Shown piece by piece: positions 18,261 to 27,142 of a DNA stretch of 61,029 bases. The notes under the pieces are model-generated. The model was not told the DNA's origin. It searched no databases and saw only the letters and a program-made list of their open reading frames with translations. The position numbers were made by a program, and so were the translations under genes. Where the stretch lies: positions 1 to 61,029 of the forward strand of contig CAZVEV010000002.1 in NCBI GenBank assembly GCA_964625865.1. Direction: 5' to 3'. The DNA comes from an uncultured Planctomycetaceae bacterium (GTDB lineage Bacteria > Planctomycetota > Phycisphaerae > SM23-33). The stretch's first letter is position 1; every line of letters begins with the position of its first letter.

Positions 18261-19040
18261 ATGGCTACACCCAAGGCGCTGGTACTGAGATCGGCAGGGA
18301 CGAACTGCGACAGGGAAACAGAGTTCGCGCTGGCGCAGGCCGGGTTCGAGACCGAGCGCGTCCACGTGTTCCGCCTGATGGAGAATCCCGCCCTGCTGGA
18401 TGAGGTCCAGTTCATGATCATTGCCGGCGGCTTCAGTTACGGCGACGACGTGGCGGCGGGCAAGATCCTCGCCAACCAGATGCTCCATCGCCTCGCCGAC
18501 GCGCTGAACGCGTTCCTGGCCGCCGACAAGCTCGTGCTGGGCATCTGCAACGGCTTCCAGGTGATGATCAAGGCCGGCATCCTGCCGTGGGGCAAGGTGG
18601 CCGCCGGCGAGGCCCACCGCGACGCGACGCTGGCGTGGAATGACTGCGGGAAGTTCGAAGACCGCTGGGTGCACCTGCGGGCCGACTCCGACAAGTGCGT
18701 CTTCCTGCCCAAGGGCGAGATCATCGCCCTGCCGATCGCCCACGGCGAGGGCAAGTTCGTGCCGCGCGACGACACGATCCTCCAGACACTCCGCGACGAC
18801 GACCAGGTCGCCGTCCGCTACGTCGACGCCGAGGGCAATCCCGGTGAGTTTCCCATCAACCCCAACGGCAGCGTGGACGACATCGCGGGCATCTGCGACC
18901 CCAGCGGCCGCGCCATGGGCCTCATGCCGCACCCCGAGCGGTTCGTCGACGTCACCCACCACCCGCAGTGGACCCGCGGCGGCGTCCAGCGCGCCGACGG
19001 CCGCCTGTTCTTCGACAACGCCTTCGCGTTCTTCGGATAG
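18261..19040 (+). CDS. purQ: phosphoribosylformylglycinamidine synthase glutaminase subunit PurQ
   Basis: GICNGFQ nucleophile motif and the MPHPER motif. Length is about 259 aa. Confidence 0.9.
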   Translation: MATPKALVLRSAGTNCDRETEFALAQAGFETERVHVFRLMENPALLDEVQFMIIAGGFSYGDDVAAGKILANQMLHRLADALNAFLAADKLVLGICNGFQVMIKAGILPWGKVAAGEAHRDATLAWNDCGKFEDRWVHLRADSDKCVFLPKGEIIALPIAHGEGKFVPRDDTILQTLRDDDQVAVRYVDAEGNPGEFPINPNGSVDDIAGICDPSGRAMGLMPHPERFVDVTHHPQWTRGGVQRADGRLFFDNAFAFFG

Positions 19041-19113
19041 CGAAACAACGGACATGAAGCAGACGGATAACTGACGGTCATCGACGCGTAACGATCCGTG
19101 TGTCAACACGAGT

Positions 19114-19261
19114 AAACGCCCACAGGCTCCGCCTGTGGGGTATCCGCGAACGAGAGTCGGTCCGCGGGAAAGGTGGACTCGATGGCGCACGCTGATGGAC
19201 CGTATGACGATGACGGGATGCGTTGTCGAAGATACCCCACAGGCGGAGCCTGTGGGCGTTT
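19114..19261. repeat. family E inverted hairpin pair
   Basis: AAACGCCCACAGGCTCCGCCTGTGGGG at 19114-19140 and its reverse complement at 19235-19261. Confidence 0.7.
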
Positions 19262-19336
19262 GCCTGACAGGCGACGAAGATCGGCGCACACCAGGGAGAC
19301 AGTACTCACTGAGATCAGCGCGAAGGAGCTTGACCG

Positions 19337-20590
19337 ATGACGGACTTTGCTGATGTGGCGACGTTGGACATTGCGGTGCGGGATGCGGTCGCCGACGTGA
19401 CGATTACCGACGTGCACACGCATTTGTTCCCGCCGGCCCATGGGGACCTGCTGCTGTGGGGCGTGGACGAACTGCTGACGTACCACTATCTGGTAGCCGA
19501 GTTGTTCACCATCGCGCCGCGCACGCTGACGCCGGCGGCGTTCTGGAAGATGCCCAAGTCCCAGCAGGCCGACCTGGTGTGGGAGCATGTGTTCATCGGG
19601 CATGGTGCGCTGAGCGAGGCGGCGCGCGGGGCGATTACGACGCTCAACCGTCTCGGCCTGGACGTAGCCGGGCGCGACCTGGCGGGCATCCGCGCGTGGT
19701 TCGCCGAGCAGGACGCCGAGGCGTATCTCGAGAAGGTCTTCGAGCTGGCCGGGCTGGACTACGCGGTGATGACGAACAACCCGTTCGTTGCCCCCGAGGT
19801 CGCCTGCTGGGACGAGGGCCTGCCCGTGCCCGCGTGCCTGCGGACGGCGTTGCGGATCGACCCGCTGACGGACGATTGGCCGGCGGCGGCGACGGCAATG
19901 AGCGAGGCGGGGTACGAGGTGCAGGCCGACGGCTCGGGCGAGAGCTTCGCCAACGCCCGACGATTCCTCGGCGACTGGATCGCGAAGATCAACCCCATGT
20001 ACCTTGCCGCCTCGATGCCCAACACGTTTGCCTACCCCGCAGACGGGCCGGCCGCGGGGGCCATCGACGACGTGATCCTGCCGACCGCACGCGAGTTCGG
20101 CCTGCCCGTGGCGCTGATGATCGGCGTGCGGCGCGGCGTCAATCCGCCGCTGCGCGACGGGGGCGACGGCGTGGGCGTGGCGGACGTGACGGCCGTCCAG
20201 AACCTCTGCTCCGGTCACCCCGACGTGAAGTTCCTCGTGACGATGCTCTCCCGCGTCAACCAGCACGAGTTGTGCGTTTGCGCGAGGAAGTTCGGCAATC
20301 TGCACCTGTTCGGCTGCTGGTGGTTCTGCAACGATCCGAGCATCATCGCCGAGATGACGCTTCAGCGCCTGGAGCTTCTGGGGGCCACCTTCACCGCCAA
20401 CCACAGCGACGCTCGCGTGCTGGACCAGTTGATCTACAAGTGGACCCACACGCGTCAGACCGTTTCCGACGTGCTGGCGACCAAGTACCGCCTGCTGTAC
20501 GAGGCGGGATGGCGCCCGACGCACACCGAGGTCGCCCGCGAGGTCCGCAGTGTCCTGGGCGGCGCGTTCGAGGAGTTCCTCGCGAAGTAG
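19337..20590 (+). CDS. amidohydrolase-superfamily TIM-barrel protein (possibly glucuronate-isomerase-like)
   Basis: Clean ORF with an N-terminal DVHTHLFPP metal-binding-like HxH motif and TYHYL. The function assignment is tentative. Confidence 0.55.
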   Translation: MTDFADVATLDIAVRDAVADVTITDVHTHLFPPAHGDLLLWGVDELLTYHYLVAELFTIAPRTLTPAAFWKMPKSQQADLVWEHVFIGHGALSEAARGAITTLNRLGLDVAGRDLAGIRAWFAEQDAEAYLEKVFELAGLDYAVMTNNPFVAPEVACWDEGLPVPACLRTALRIDPLTDDWPAAATAMSEAGYEVQADGSGESFANARRFLGDWIAKINPMYLAASMPNTFAYPADGPAAGAIDDVILPTAREFGLPVALMIGVRRGVNPPLRDGGDGVGVADVTAVQNLCSGHPDVKFLVTMLSRVNQHELCVCARKFGNLHLFGCWWFCNDPSIIAEMTLQRLELLGATFTANHSDARVLDQLIYKWTHTRQTVSDVLATKYRLLYEAGWRPTHTEVAREVRSVLGGAFEEFLAK

Positions 20591-20604
20591 CGCCTCGCGC
20601 GCTT

Positions 20605-20645
20605 GTTTAGCGGTCGATCATCAGATCGACGTTCGTCGTTCGACG
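20605..20645 (+). repeat. family A solo arm
   Basis: GTTTAGCGGTCGATCATCAGATCGACGTTCGTCGTTCGACG lies immediately after the stop of the preceding gene. Confidence 0.7.
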
Positions 20646-20685
20646 GCGCACGGCGCCGCACGCGTCATGAACTACTCGGGGTCGG

Positions 20686-20760
20686 ACGTTTCGATGCAGC
20701 TTGCTTCTTGGTGTCTTCCTCAACGAATCGCCAAGACGCGAAGAAGCAAGCTGCTCCGCA
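20686..20760 (+). repeat. family B hairpin repeat
   Basis: GCAGCTTGCTTCTTGGTGTC (20697-20716) pairs with GACGCGAAGAAGCAAGCTGC (20735-20754). Confidence 0.7.
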
Positions 20761-20803
20761 CAGTCATGTTGACATCGCTCTGTGCGCGAGCCGTTCGCCC
20801 CGA

Positions 20804-21610
20804 TTACCGTCCCAGTTCCCTGCTTCGCTCCGCTGCGGCGCGGACGGCGGCGACCAGGACGTCCTTGGCGTTGGAGGCTTCCATCGTTTCGATTGCCGCC
20901 TGCGTCGTGCCGCCCGGGGTGGTCACCTGTTTGCGGAGCAGCGCGGGGTCCTTGTGCGTGGTGGCCAGCAGTTGGCCGGCCCCGAGGCACGTTCGGGTGG
21001 CAAGCATTTCCGCGACGGCCGGGTCGAGGCCCTCGGCGACTCCGGCGGCGGTCATCGCTTCGATGAGGTAGAAGAAATACGCCGGCCCGGAGCCCGAGAC
21101 CGCCGTCACCGCGTCGATCATGCCCTCGTCAACCACCACGGTCAATCCGCTGGCCGAGAACAGGCGCTGGGTCCAGTGGACGTCGTCGTTGGTGGCGCGG
21201 GGTCCGGCGGCTATCGCGGACATCCCCGCCCCCACGAGCATGGGCGTGTTGGGCATGACGCGGACGATGCGCCCCTTGCCCTCCAGCGTCTCGTCGATGA
21301 ACGCCGTCGTCACGCCGGCGGCAATCGAGATGATCGTCGAGTCTTCGGTGACCACCGGCTTGATCTCGTCCAGCACGGTCGGAACGACGTTGGGCTTGAC
21401 GGCGAGCAGGACGTGCGGACACCCGCCGGTCATCGAGTTGTCCCGCGCGCAGAGGATGCCCAACTCGATCGCCAGCATCTGCTCGCGGGCGATCACCGGG
21501 TCGTAGGCGACGATCGAGTCGCGATGGAGATATCCGCTGGTGACCACGCCGCGGAGAATGGCCTCGGCCATGTTGCCCGCGCCGATGACGCCCAGTTCAT
21601 AGTCGATCAT
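20804..21610 (-). CDS. proC: pyrroline-5-carboxylate reductase
   Basis: Trimmed to MIDYELGVIGAGNMAEAIL (Rossmann motif). The C-terminal TTPGGTT motif is present. Confidence 0.9.
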   Translation of the reverse strand: MIDYELGVIGAGNMAEAILRGVVTSGYLHRDSIVAYDPVIAREQMLAIELGILCARDNSMTGGCPHVLLAVKPNVVPTVLDEIKPVVTEDSTIISIAAGVTTAFIDETLEGKGRIVRVMPNTPMLVGAGMSAIAAGPRATNDDVHWTQRLFSASGLTVVVDEGMIDAVTAVSGSGPAYFFYLIEAMTAAGVAEGLDPAVAEMLATRTCLGAGQLLATTHKDPALLRKQVTTPGGTTQAAIETMEASNAKDVLVAAVRAAAERSRELGR

Positions 21611-21639
21611 GTTGTGTGCTCCAGTTTCTCGTGGGTCTG

Positions 21640-23271
21640 TCAGGATTGGCCCATGAAGGGATACCGGTAGTCCGTCGGCGGGACGAAGGTCTCCTTGATC
21701 GTCCGCGGTGAGGTCCACCGCAGCAGGTTCAGCATGCTGCCGGCCTTGTCGTTGGTGCCCGACGCCCTGGCCCCGCCGAAGGGCTGCTGGCCGACGACGG
21801 CGCCGGTGGGCTTGTCGTTGATGTAGAAGTTCCCCGCCGCGTGGGTCAGCGCCTCGGCGGCCTGGGCGATCGCCGCCCGGTCGCGCGCGAAGATCGCACC
21901 GGTCAGGGCGTACGGCGAGGTCGCGTCGCAGGTCGCCAGCGTCTCGGCGTACTTGTCAGCCGGATAGACGTACACCGTCAGCACGGGACCGAAGATCTCC
22001 TCGACCATCGTCCGGAACGTGCGCGACTTCGACTCGATCACCGTCGGCTGAATGAAGAAGCCCGCCGAGTCGTCGCGCCCGCCGCCGGTGAGGACCTTGG
22101 CCCGCCGGCTGCTGCGGGCGTGGTCGATGTACCCGGTGATGCTCTCGAACGCCGGACGGTCGATCACCGCGTTGATGAAATGCGTGAAGTCTTCGGGGCC
22201 GCCCATTGTCAGTTCTTCGACCTGCGCCACCAGCGATTCGCGAATGGCGGGCCAGAGCGTGTCCGGCACGTAGGCGCGCGAGGCGGCGGAGCACTTCTGG
22301 CCCTGGTATTCGAAGGCCCCGCGCGTCAGGGCGGTGGCCGTCTCGACCGCGTCGGCCGACTCGTGAACGAACACAAAGTCCTTGCCCCCCGTCTCGCCGA
22401 CGATCCGCGGATAGCTGCGATACCCCGCGATATTCTCGCCCACCGTCCGCCACATGCCCTGGAAGACGCCGGTCGAGCCGGTAAAGTGGATGCCCGCCAG
22501 GTCCGTGCTGGCCAGCGCGGGATCGCCCACCTGGCCCCCGGGTCCGGGCAGGAAGTTGATCACGCCGGGTGGCAGGCCCGCCTCTTCGAGCAGTTCCATC
22601 AGGAAGAAGCCCGAGTAGACGGCGCTGGAGGCCGGCTTCCACACCACCGTGTTGCCCATCAGCGCCGGCGCGGTGGGCAGGTTGCCCGCGATGGACGTGA
22701 AGTTAAACGGCGTGACGGCGAAGACGAAGCCTTCGAGGGGGCGGTATTCCAGGCGGTTCCACATGCCCGGCGCCGAGTCCGGCTGTTCGGCGTACAGGCG
22801 GGTGGCGAAGAAACTGTTGAAGCGGAAGAAGTCCACCAGTTCGCACGCCGAGTCGATCTCGGCCTGGAAGGCGTTCTTCGACTGGCAGAGCATGGTGGCG
22901 GCGTTGAGCACCTGTCGGTAGGGCCCGGCCAGCAGGTCGGCGGCCTTCAGAAATATCGCCGCCCGGTCCTGCCACGCCATGGCGGCCCAGTCGGCCTTGG
23001 CGTCCTGGGCGGCGGCGATCGCGGCGTCCACCTGGTCCGTGCCGGCCTTGTGATACCGCCCCAGCACGTGCCGGTGGTCGTGCGGCGGGCGACACTCGCC
23101 CATGTCGCCGGTGCGGACTTCCTTCCCGCCGATGATCAGCGGGATCTCCGCCTCCTGCGACCGCAGTTCGGCGATGCTGTCCTTGAGCTTGACCTTCTCG
23201 CTGCTGTCGGGCCTGTAGCTCAGGACCGGTTCGTTGCTGGGCTTATCTATCTTGTAGAATCCGTTGGCCAT
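21640..23271 (-). CDS. pruA: L-glutamate gamma-semialdehyde (delta-1-pyrroline-5-carboxylate) dehydrogenase
   Basis: Trimmed to MANGFYKIDKPSNEPVLSY. ALDH motifs FTGSTGVF, GQKCSA and EIFGPVL. Length is about 543 aa. Confidence 0.88.
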   Translation of the reverse strand: MANGFYKIDKPSNEPVLSYRPDSSEKVKLKDSIAELRSQEAEIPLIIGGKEVRTGDMGECRPPHDHRHVLGRYHKAGTDQVDAAIAAAQDAKADWAAMAWQDRAAIFLKAADLLAGPYRQVLNAATMLCQSKNAFQAEIDSACELVDFFRFNSFFATRLYAEQPDSAPGMWNRLEYRPLEGFVFAVTPFNFTSIAGNLPTAPALMGNTVVWKPASSAVYSGFFLMELLEEAGLPPGVINFLPGPGGQVGDPALASTDLAGIHFTGSTGVFQGMWRTVGENIAGYRSYPRIVGETGGKDFVFVHESADAVETATALTRGAFEYQGQKCSAASRAYVPDTLWPAIRESLVAQVEELTMGGPEDFTHFINAVIDRPAFESITGYIDHARSSRRAKVLTGGGRDDSAGFFIQPTVIESKSRTFRTMVEEIFGPVLTVYVYPADKYAETLATCDATSPYALTGAIFARDRAAIAQAAEALTHAAGNFYINDKPTGAVVGQQPFGGARASGTNDKAGSMLNLLRWTSPRTIKETFVPPTDYRYPFMGQS

Positions 23272-23435
23272 CGTCTGCACCTCTGTCGGCTGATTGTCGC
23301 ATGCACGGCCCTCCGCGTCGCGTAGGACCGTGGCACCGGGCGCGTCGCACTCGCACGCGCGCCGCGATTCTCTTGCCCCGCGACCGCAGATACAAGCATC
23401 TTTCGCGATTTGGCCTGCACCGATAGGATGTGGCG

Positions 23436-24281
23436 ATGCTGCTTGGATCACACTTGAGCATTGGCGGCGGGCTGCACCGTGCGCCCGAAGCGGCCGCCGA
23501 GTACGGCTTCGAGACCGTCGCGATGTTCCTGCGCAACCAGGTGCAGTGGCGTTGTCGCCCGCTTGACGCCCAGGCCGTGGCGCAGTTCAAGCGCGCCCGC
23601 AAGGCTGCCGGCATCGCGGTGGTGGTGGCCCACGGGTCCTACCTGGTGAACCTCGCGGGCCTGGCGCCGGTTCGCAGGAAGTCGATCCGGGCCATGATCG
23701 AGGACCTGGACCGCTGCGGGCAACTGGGGGTCGAGTACCTGGTGATCCACCCGGGCTCGCGCCGGCAGGCGGATCGCGGGATCGACCTGATCGCGCGGGC
23801 GCTGAACGAGATATTCGCCGCCTGCCCGCACCGGCGCCCGAAGATCCTGCTGGAGACCACCGCGGGGTCGGGCAACACGCTGGGCAGATCGTTCGAGCAG
23901 TTGGCCGCCATCCTGGCTCGCGTGGACCGTCCCCGGCGCGTGGGGGTCTGCCTCGACACCTGTCACATCTTCGCCGCCGGTTACGACATCCGCACGCCTG
24001 GGGCCTGCCGCCACACGCTCGACGCGTTCGATCGCATCATCGGCCTGGACCGACTGCGAGCAATTCACCTGAACGACTCGCGCCGCGAACTGGCCAGCCG
24101 CGTCGACCGCCACGCGCACATCGGCCTGGGCGAGATCGGCCTGCGGGGCTTTGCGGCGCTGGTGGGCGACAAGCGACTGTCCGACGTGCCGATGATCCTC
24201 GAGACGCCCAAGGGCCTCGACGATCAGGGGCGCCAGTGGGACGCGGTCAACGCCGAGATCATCCGCAAGATGGCTCTGTAG
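23436..24281 (+). CDS. nfo: deoxyribonuclease IV (endonuclease IV)
   Basis: MLLGSHLSIGGG..., VVAHGSYLVNL, LVIHPGS and CLDTCHIFAAGYD motifs. An alternative GTG start exists at 23430. Confidence 0.85.
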   Translation: MLLGSHLSIGGGLHRAPEAAAEYGFETVAMFLRNQVQWRCRPLDAQAVAQFKRARKAAGIAVVVAHGSYLVNLAGLAPVRRKSIRAMIEDLDRCGQLGVEYLVIHPGSRRQADRGIDLIARALNEIFAACPHRRPKILLETTAGSGNTLGRSFEQLAAILARVDRPRRVGVCLDTCHIFAAGYDIRTPGACRHTLDAFDRIIGLDRLRAIHLNDSRRELASRVDRHAHIGLGEIGLRGFAALVGDKRLSDVPMILETPKGLDDQGRQWDAVNAEIIRKMAL

Positions 24282-24282
24282 A

Positions 24283-24299
24283 CGCGGCATCTTGCCGCG
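24283..24299 (+). terminator. small hairpin after nfo (CGCGGCA-TCT-TGCCGCG)
   Basis: The hairpin follows the stop codon directly. Its exact reverse complement recurs at 24374-24390. There is no clear T-tract. Confidence 0.3.
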
Positions 24300-24373
24300 T
24301 TCCCTCCATATCGTAGAGACCACCTGGCTCGCTCCCGTCATACGGTCGGAGAGCGCACTTGCAGGCCGTTCAA

Positions 24374-24390
24374 AGCGGCAAGATGCCGCT
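24374..24390 (-). terminator. small hairpin after the lipoprotein gene (same 15-nt motif, opposite strand)
   Basis: AGCGGCAAGATGCCGCT on the plus strand. On the minus strand it is followed by TTGAAC. Confidence 0.3.
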
Positions 24391-24399
24391 TCCACAGTT

Positions 24400-25023
24400 C
24401 TACTCGAACGTGACCTTGACGTACTCGGCGGACGTCTCGACGCGTCGCCCGCCGGACCAGGCCGTCGCGACGAACGTCAGGTACAGGTCGCGTTGGGGCA
24501 GGTCGGCCAGCGGCGCCGCGGGGCTGTCGTTGTTGGCGGCGAAACGGGCGACCACGCGCTTGCACACGAACTCGCGCGGGGCGGAGATCACCTGGTCGAA
24601 GCTGCTCTTGGATTCGCCCAGGTAGTACCAGTAGTTAAAGCCCTTCTCGGTGACGAACACGCACTGGCGCGGATTGCCCAGGTCCTCCGGCAGGCCGCGC
24701 TTCGGCAGGGGCAGGACGGTTGACACCGGCGCCCCTCTGCGGACGGCCGCCGCCATGTCATTCTTGTGCGAGGCGCCAACCATCACGCCGCCCCAGCGCG
24801 GCAGGACCAGGATCACCGTGAACGGCCTGCGGGCCAGGCGGGCGGTGTGATCGTTCAGCATCACCCGCCGGCCGTCCTGCTCGATCGCCACGACGAAGTC
24901 GCGGGTCGTCAGCTTGGCCGCGGTCTTCGCCGTCCCGTTCGTCCCGGGCCCGGGCCCGTTCGGACAGCCCGTCAGCACGCATGCCGCACTCGCCAAGACC
25001 GCCGCTGTCAGTACCTGTTTCAT
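24400..25023 (-). CDS. hypothetical lipoprotein
   Basis: MKQVLTAAVLASAACVLTGC lipobox-like N-terminus. No recognisable domain. Confidence 0.55.
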   Translation of the reverse strand: MKQVLTAAVLASAACVLTGCPNGPGPGTNGTAKTAAKLTTRDFVVAIEQDGRRVMLNDHTARLARRPFTVILVLPRWGGVMVGASHKNDMAAAVRRGAPVSTVLPLPKRGLPEDLGNPRQCVFVTEKGFNYWYYLGESKSSFDQVISAPREFVCKRVVARFAANNDSPAAPLADLPQRDLYLTFVATAWSGGRRVETSAEYVKVTFE

Positions 25024-25208
25024 CGCAACGCTCCCGCTGAGGTCTGGGGGATACTCACGTCAGGCCGGGCTTCGACGGAAGCAATGTGCTTCGGTTCCGG
25101 CCTCGGATCGGGCGTGGGGGGAGGCAGCTTGGCCGGCGGCGCGTCCCGTCTCGGACAGCCGCACAACGCGAGCCCTACAAGGGCGATGATGATCGGTCCA
25201 TATCGCAT
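25020..25208 (-). CDS. small proline-rich lipoprotein (62 aa)
   Basis: MRYGPIIIALVGLALCGC lipobox-like N-terminus. Its stop overlaps the downstream ATG (ATGA). Confidence 0.4.
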   Translation of the reverse strand: MRYGPIIIALVGLALCGCPRRDAPPAKLPPPTPDPRPEPKHIASVEARPDVSIPQTSAGALR

Positions 25209-25327
25209 ATCCGCTTCCCTGCACCAATGCCCCTCCAGATTAGACTCACTACGCCCCGTCGTCAATCCTTCTCCAGGCCAGACAGGGCCGGATTGACGAA
25301 GCAGATCGCATCGGTTAGCATACGAAC

Positions 25328-25645
25328 ATGGCGCTACTGGATGAGATCCGGACGAAGATCGCGGCACGGCGGTACGAGTTCTCGAAGCACGCCGTTGATC
25401 AGACGATCGTCCGCGACATCAGCGTGGCCGAACTGGAAGAGGCGATATCGAACCGAAGCGAAGTGATCGAGGATTACCCCGAGGACAAGTATGGACCCAG
25501 TTGTCTGATCTTGGGATTCACGCGTGCCGGCCGCCCGCTTCACGTGCAATGCAGCTACCCCTCCCGGCCGCTGGTCAAGATCGTGACGGTGTATCAGCCG
25601 GCCCCGGACCTCTGGACCGACTTCAGGACTCGTAAGACGGACTGA
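25328..25645 (+). CDS. DUF4258-domain putative toxin
   Basis: The 105-aa sequence (YEFSKHAVDQTIVRDIS...EVIEDYPEDKYGPSCLILGFT..RPLHV...VTVY) resembles the DUF4258 family. It is paired with a small downstream ORF. Confidence 0.65.
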   Translation: MALLDEIRTKIAARRYEFSKHAVDQTIVRDISVAELEEAISNRSEVIEDYPEDKYGPSCLILGFTRAGRPLHVQCSYPSRPLVKIVTVYQPAPDLWTDFRTRKTD

Positions 25646-25654
25646 CGAGGGAAG

Positions 25655-25867
25655 ATGATGAAAGAAGCGATGATCGACACGGAAGTGACGTACACGCTGG
25701 AGCACGGGGGCAGGTTCTACCTGATCGAGCATGTGCCCGCCCGCGTCTGTCGGGAGACAGGCGAGCAGTTCTTCACACCCGAGACCGTCGAGCACATTCA
25801 GGCCCTGATCAAGAGCAACAAGGCCCCCGAGAGAGTCATCGAGACCCCCGTGTACGAATACACATGA
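25655..25867 (+). CDS. YgiT/MqsA-N-terminal-like putative antitoxin (cysteine-poor variant)
   Basis: 70 aa, starting 10 nt after the toxin stop. VTYTLEHGGRFYLIEHVPARVCRETGEQFFTPETVEHIQ parallels the YgiT-type zinc-ribbon pattern but keeps only one Cys. Confidence 0.6.
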   Translation: MMKEAMIDTEVTYTLEHGGRFYLIEHVPARVCRETGEQFFTPETVEHIQALIKSNKAPERVIETPVYEYT

Positions 25868-25905
25868 CGTGGTTGCTTCGCTTCGATTCGCAGTCCACGG
25901 CACCC
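25868..25905 (-). repeat. family D repeat (GGGTGCCGTGG...GCAACCACG)
   Basis: The reverse complement reads GGGTGCCGTGGACTGCGAATCGAAGCGAAGCAACCACG. Confidence 0.65.
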
Positions 25906-25977
25906 GACGATTAGATTTGCCCCGGCACGGTTGCAGCCACTACCATCGCTCCCACGAACCAGCCGCACATTGTCGCC

Positions 25978-26154
25978 ATGGATACCTTCACGAGAATCCA
26001 GTACATCCTGTTGTGCCTGGTGGTCCCCGTCGCCTGGGGGCTGCTTGTGGAGTGGTTCTTTCACGTCAATCGCCGGCGCCGCGCGGCCCGAGGCGGGCAG
26101 GCGGAGGCGGGGTCTGAGACGCAGCCGGCCGACGGGGCAGGGGATACGCCATGA
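25978..26154 (+). CDS. possible small single-TM protein (58 aa) coupled to the TauE gene
   Basis: ATG at 25978 gives MDTFTRIQYILLCLVVPVAWGLLVEWFF then an RRRR-rich tail. Its TGA overlaps the TauE ATG (ATGA). It is below the size cutoff of the ORF track. Confidence 0.35.
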   Translation: MDTFTRIQYILLCLVVPVAWGLLVEWFFHVNRRRRAARGGQAEAGSETQPADGAGDTP

Positions 26155-27047
26155 CGCTCGAACTGTTCGATCCCACCGGCGTGCTGGCCAGTTGGCCCAT
26201 GATGCTCGCCCTGGTCGGCGTGGGGGCGGCCATCGGGACAATCGGCGGGCTGTTCGGCACGAGCGGGGGGTTCCTGCTGACGCCGGTGCTCCTGCTCAAA
26301 CCGTTCGGCCTGCCCGACCAGATCGTCCTCGGCTCGGTCAGTTGTCACGCGGTGGGTCTGGCCGCCACGGGGCTGCGGCGCCACTTGCGGATCGGGCGCG
26401 TGGACCTGCGGCTGGGGCTGGGGGTCGCCCTGGGCGCCGGGGTGGGGGCGTACTGCGGCAGCCAACTGTCGTCGGGGCTGGCCGCTGCATGGACGGGCCA
26501 GCAGCACGTGGTGTTCCAACTGGTCTTGCGGGGCGTCCTGCTGGTGGTGCTGGCGTTCGTGGCGTTCGTGATCGCCCGTCCCGTCCACGCCGAGAGGGAT
26601 GCCCCGTTCCAGCGGCTGGCGCTGGGCCCGCAGTGGCCCGTGCCGGGCTTTTCCGACAAGACGTTCAGCCTGTCGGTGACCATCGCCGCGGCGGGCGTCT
26701 GCGGCGTGGTGGTGGGCTTCCTCGGGATCGGCGGGGGCGTGGTCTACCTGCCCCTGCTGGTCGTCGCGGTCGGCATTCAGCCGATCGGCGCCGTCCGCAT
26801 CAGCCTGGTCGTTGTGCTCGTCTCGGCCACCTGCGCCACCGTGGGCTACGCGTGGCGAGGCAACGTGAGCCTGGCCGTCGCGATGTTCATGATCGTGGGC
26901 AGCTCGCTGGGCGTGCAGTTGGGGACGTTTCTCTGCCAGAAGCTCCACGGCGATCGCGTGAAGAAGTACTTCGCCCTGGTCGTGCTGGCCGCCATGGCCG
27001 TCACGGCGTGGCACATGGTGGACCTGGCGGGACGGATCGGCGGATAG
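26151..27047 (+). CDS. TauE/SafE family sulfite-exporter-like membrane protein
   Basis: Multi-TM protein with GIGGG motifs in two halves (GGLFGTSGGFLLTPVLL, LGIGGGVVYLPLLV). Confidence 0.8.
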   Translation: MTLELFDPTGVLASWPMMLALVGVGAAIGTIGGLFGTSGGFLLTPVLLLKPFGLPDQIVLGSVSCHAVGLAATGLRRHLRIGRVDLRLGLGVALGAGVGAYCGSQLSSGLAAAWTGQQHVVFQLVLRGVLLVVLAFVAFVIARPVHAERDAPFQRLALGPQWPVPGFSDKTFSLSVTIAAAGVCGVVVGFLGIGGGVVYLPLLVVAVGIQPIGAVRISLVVVLVSATCATVGYAWRGNVSLAVAMFMIVGSSLGVQLGTFLCQKLHGDRVKKYFALVVLAAMAVTAWHMVDLAGRIGG

Positions 27048-27075
27048 GGCGGCGGGTCGTTCACCCCACTCGGCT

Positions 27076-27113
27076 GGGTGCCGTGGGCTGCGGAGCGCAG
27101 CGGAGCAACCACG
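27076..27113 (+). repeat. family D repeat
   Basis: GGGTGCCGTGGGCTGCGGAGCGCAGCGGAGCAACCACG lies between convergent genes. Confidence 0.7.
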
Positions 27114-27142
27114 ACACCCCGTGTCGGCGCGTTGTTCTCCGG

